From NCBI RefSeq assembly GCF_006345805.1, contig NW_021833307.1, positions 1 to 58,368 on the forward strand: DNA of 58,368 bases, written 5' to 3'. Position numbers and translations under genes: made by a program. The notes under the pieces were generated by a model. It ran no database searches, had not been told where the DNA came from, and worked only from the letters and a program-made list of their open reading frames with translations. The stretch comes from Octopus sinensis. Its lineage: Eukaryota. Positions 54,878 through 58,368 of this stretch are shown piece after piece. Within the stretch, counting starts at the first letter, position 1. Every line of letters starts with the position of its first letter.

Positions 54878-55247
54878 TTATAATCCGCGTGATCCCCGAT
54901 TCACTTCGCAAGCGACCGCAATTCTTCGGAAAGGTTCGATCCCGTCCACGGTGATCGGTCTGGGACGACGATGTCCCCGGGTCAGAGTCCCAGAAATCCC
55001 TTTTCGGTAGCCATTAGGTGCCTTCTGAGGCATATCCGATTGGAAGTTCTAACTGACATGGTGGACTACATAAGGCTACGCTAAGACCGGAATGTAAAAG
55101 ATCCCCATTTTCAACTATGTCGTGCCAAAAGGACTCGTCGCCTCGCAGGCAAAAGAAGAATGACGAGAATTAACCCATTGTTGGAAACTAGCCTCCTTTG
55201 GATTCGAACCCACGACTGTCCAGATCCAGCATCCATAGCTAAAGCTT
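54878..55247 (-). mobile_element. Candidate SINE (duplicate copy)
   Basis: Identical to 29231-29600. Confidence 0.55.
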
Positions 55248-55931
55248 CAGTTAAAGTAAGAGATATTTTTGTTAAAATAGGATATACCAAAAAAACTGTT
55301 CGTTAAACATTCAATTACTGGAAAATTTAATGAGGAAATAAATGACTATTTAAATACAATTTAATCCTTTATAAGTCGGATACTTTGTCATTAAGAAATC
55401 CAAAGATATTAAGAGGAAGCATCGTAGTGGTGATTATTCTTTCATTTTGAATGATTTACACAAGCAATATATTTTTAATTTGGTCGATGATAGTCAATTA
55501 TCGACACAATCAAAGTTAAAAGACACACTGTTTTTTGAATATATGATAAATATCAGTCAAAGTAAAATTAACAGATGTCTTGAAGATTTTCACAATGTAA
55601 TTAAACAATCCTAAACAATATTTTGATACCACAATTAATCTAGAGAAAATATAAAGATTATTTCCGACGTTACAAACTGAAATCGAATATAAGATCATAT
55701 TTTTTCTCGATGAAATATGATTTTCTATTTGGAAGCGTGCGAAAAATACAGAGCAATATTTTGAAATTTTCCCTATTTAATAGTGGCTTAAGTAAAAAGC
55801 AGAAACATATCTCTTTTACAGTATTGAATAGATATTGAATGATTTTCCACTGAAATTTTCAATTTTTTAATGGACAGACTTTTAAAGAATGTCTGATAAA
55901 AAACTCAAAAAATGGCATAAAATTCATAATA

Positions 55932-58294
55932 TGTGACATGGGCTGCGCGATACCTACGGGCCGCGTGATACCTGACGTGACCTTGAAATGTGCAATTATG
56001 ACATTGATGGGATTAAATTATAAATCTTTTAATTAGACCGCGACTCATTCTTATCATTTAATGTGGCGCTCCATGCAGGTTACACCAATTTTAAGCGTTA
56101 CATTTTGACCTTGTGACATGACAGTTGACTTTGACAGGTGACAGGCTTCATAAAAATCGAAATCTCAATTTTAAATATCATTTTTAAGTAAGTGATGCAG
56201 AATAAAACACCACATAGCAATAAAAGACCACATTGTTCAAAAATGAAAATATAATTTATTATTTTATATAAACTTATAAAAAAAATAAATATAAAAACAG
56301 AAAATTTTTTTAGAAATTATTTTTTAAAACTGCTACTATCCAGTGGTTCTTTACCTTTTTTAAGTCAGCGCCCCCTTTTGACACAATTTTGAAGCTTCAA
56401 AATTTCAGCGCCCAACAAAATCATTAGATTCTAATCCAACAAAATCCCAACCCGAACACATCCTAACCCTAACCATTTACTAATCCAAACCCTAACCTAA
56501 CCCCTATCTTGATACTAATTCAACCAAACTGTAACTCCAAACCTACCCTAACCCATATCTTGATCCTAATCCAAACAAACCCTAACTCCAACCCTAACCC
56601 CTATCTTGATACTAATCCAACCAAACCCTAACTCCAACCATACCCTAACTCAGGGGTCACCAAACTTTTTGCACTCGCGGGCCGGATTGACCCCAACACA
56701 ATGAACGCGGGCCGGAGCACGTTCATAGGATTATAATTTTACTAGAAATTCATAAGTGTGTTTTTTACAATAAAAACTAATTTAAACAAAATAAAGTAAA
56801 CAAAAATTTTAATGAGAGCTATGGAACTGTGATCTTTTTTTGATAAGTTCATCAATATTTGGTTTTAAATTGCTGCATCCTATCATGAGAATTGATTTTA
56901 AGTGTCCGTCAGTCAATCTTGCACGATGGGCAGACTTAACATATTTCATCCTCGAAAACGTTTGCTCACATTGGTAAGTTGTGCCAAATATAGAAATCAT
57001 CTTTATCGCAAAATTCTTTAGTCTCGGAAACTCATCATCCTTGAGATATTCGTAGAACTCAGCGAGTTTGGTCCGTCTGTGACAATCTTTGAGCTGTTCA
57101 TTTGATTGTAAGTCAATAACTTCTAATTGTAATTCATGTTGAACATTTTCAACATTACAAGAAAATGGATTTTCGAACAAAATTATATCGCTTTCAATTT
57201 GTCAAATTCAGAAAACTTATGTAAAAAATGATGTTGTAATTCTTTGATAATTCCAATTTGGAAAGTAATGTCGATCTCATTATAGTTTGCCTCACAAAAA
57301 CTTTTAAAACAAGAAAAGTGTGAAAACTGACGTACTCCAAGTTGTGACTCGAATAACATCAATTTTTGTCAAAATGCTTTAATTATCCTGTAGAAATCAC
57401 AAATTAAGTTTTCCTTTCCTTGTAATTTCAGATTTAGCTCATTCATGTGAGTTGTAACATCAACCAAAAATGATAATTTTGATAGCCAAGCAAGATCTGA
57501 TAATTCGGGATAATTGTCTAGACTCTAGACAATTATCCCGAAATGGAGATCGTTGCTAAAAGTTTGCATGACTTCTCGCATGGAGGAGTTAACAAAATTG
57601 AATATGAATGTCGACAACAATATTTCACAGTTAAAAATGAGATTATTCGAAAAGTCATTCGAAACTGTGAAATTTGTAAATTTGCGCGACCCTTAAAAGT
57701 TTTAACTTTTTTAAATCCTAGATTGGAGATATAAATAACCATGTCTTCGCATCTTGTTCAAATGAAAGATTTCAGATAGATCTTATAGATCTGAAAAGTT
57801 TTTCTACTATAAATAAAAATTTTAAATGGATTTTAACGGTCATTGACGTGTATAGCAGGTTAGTTTTTTAACAATTTTTATAGATTTGCATTTGCAAGGC
57901 CGCTCTACACTAAGTCCTCAAATGAAGTTTGTGAAAACCTCAGATCATTATTTTTCTTAAATGGTCCGTGTCAATTTCTTCAGTCCGATAATGGGACTGA
58001 ATTCAAGAATCGTGAAATGACCAATCTATGTGAGGAATTCAATATCAAACGAATTCACGGAAGGCCAAACAATCCCCGCTCACAAGGGATTGTCGAACGC
58101 TTCAACCAGTCAATTACAAGAAAAATGGCAAAAATGATCGACAATGATAACAAAAAGTGGCTGGAAAAATTAGAAAATGCAGATAAAAAATTCGATGAGC
58201 GAAATTTTGATTGTGCCAATGTCCAGACTTAAATTAAGCTTCAAGGTCACGTCAGGTATCACGCGGCCCATAGGGTCACGCAAACCATGTCACA
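55932..58294 (+). mobile_element. Ginger-type DNA transposon (retroviral-like DDE integrase, TIRs) with nested hAT fragments
   Basis: TGT...ACA termini; imperfect TIRs of about 55 bp (55932-55987, 58240-58294); 5-bp TSD TAATA. Integrase H2C2 finger (HDFSHGG..CEIC) and D-D-E core (FQIDLID / LQSDNGTEF / QGIVERFNQ), read through introns 57699-57721 and 57859-57883. Confidence 0.88.
56651..57522 (-). mobile_element. hAT fragment (duplicate copy)
   Basis: ORF 56809-57180 ending ...KKRSQFHSSH*. Confidence 0.85.
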
Positions 58295-58368
58295 TAATAT
58301 TTCGAATCCATAATTTATAACGGATAATGCTTGAAAACACTGTTATAAAAAATAAACTCAAGTCATTT

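Overview
AT-rich, gene-dense eukaryotic nuclear DNA. It uses the standard genetic code, and its genes are split by very short (about 22-32 nt, mode about 25 nt) spliceosomal introns. This fits a highly compacted genome such as a dicyemid-like reduced animal parasite, but that is inference and not diagnostic. Layout: (1) unique 1-6634, with a multi-LRR gene and VPS51; (2) a head-to-tail duplication of about 25.5 kb (copy 1 ~6635-32177, copy 2 ~32171-57827) carrying RPP30, enoyl-CoA hydratase, RRP4/EXOSC2, PSMB1, a ZIP transporter, a CEP164-like gene, DPY30 and TDH; (3) unique 57828-58368, which completes a Ginger-type transposon that the duplication junction cuts in copy 1. Mobile DNA is dense: four distinct CRE-like (REL-endonuclease) retroelement insertions, an I-group LINE with a 35-bp TSD, an RTE with a twin-priming-type inversion, a tRNA-headed SINE candidate, Tc1/IS630, pogo and hAT remnants, and a 42-bp minisatellite. 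The most unusual signals are the RTE 5' inversion apparently primed by about 14 nt of target identity, a Ginger integrase carrying host-sized 23- and 25-nt introns, and a gene-scale A/C-to-G/T strand-skew switch inside most host genes. All gene models and coordinates were derived by eye; no database searches were run.
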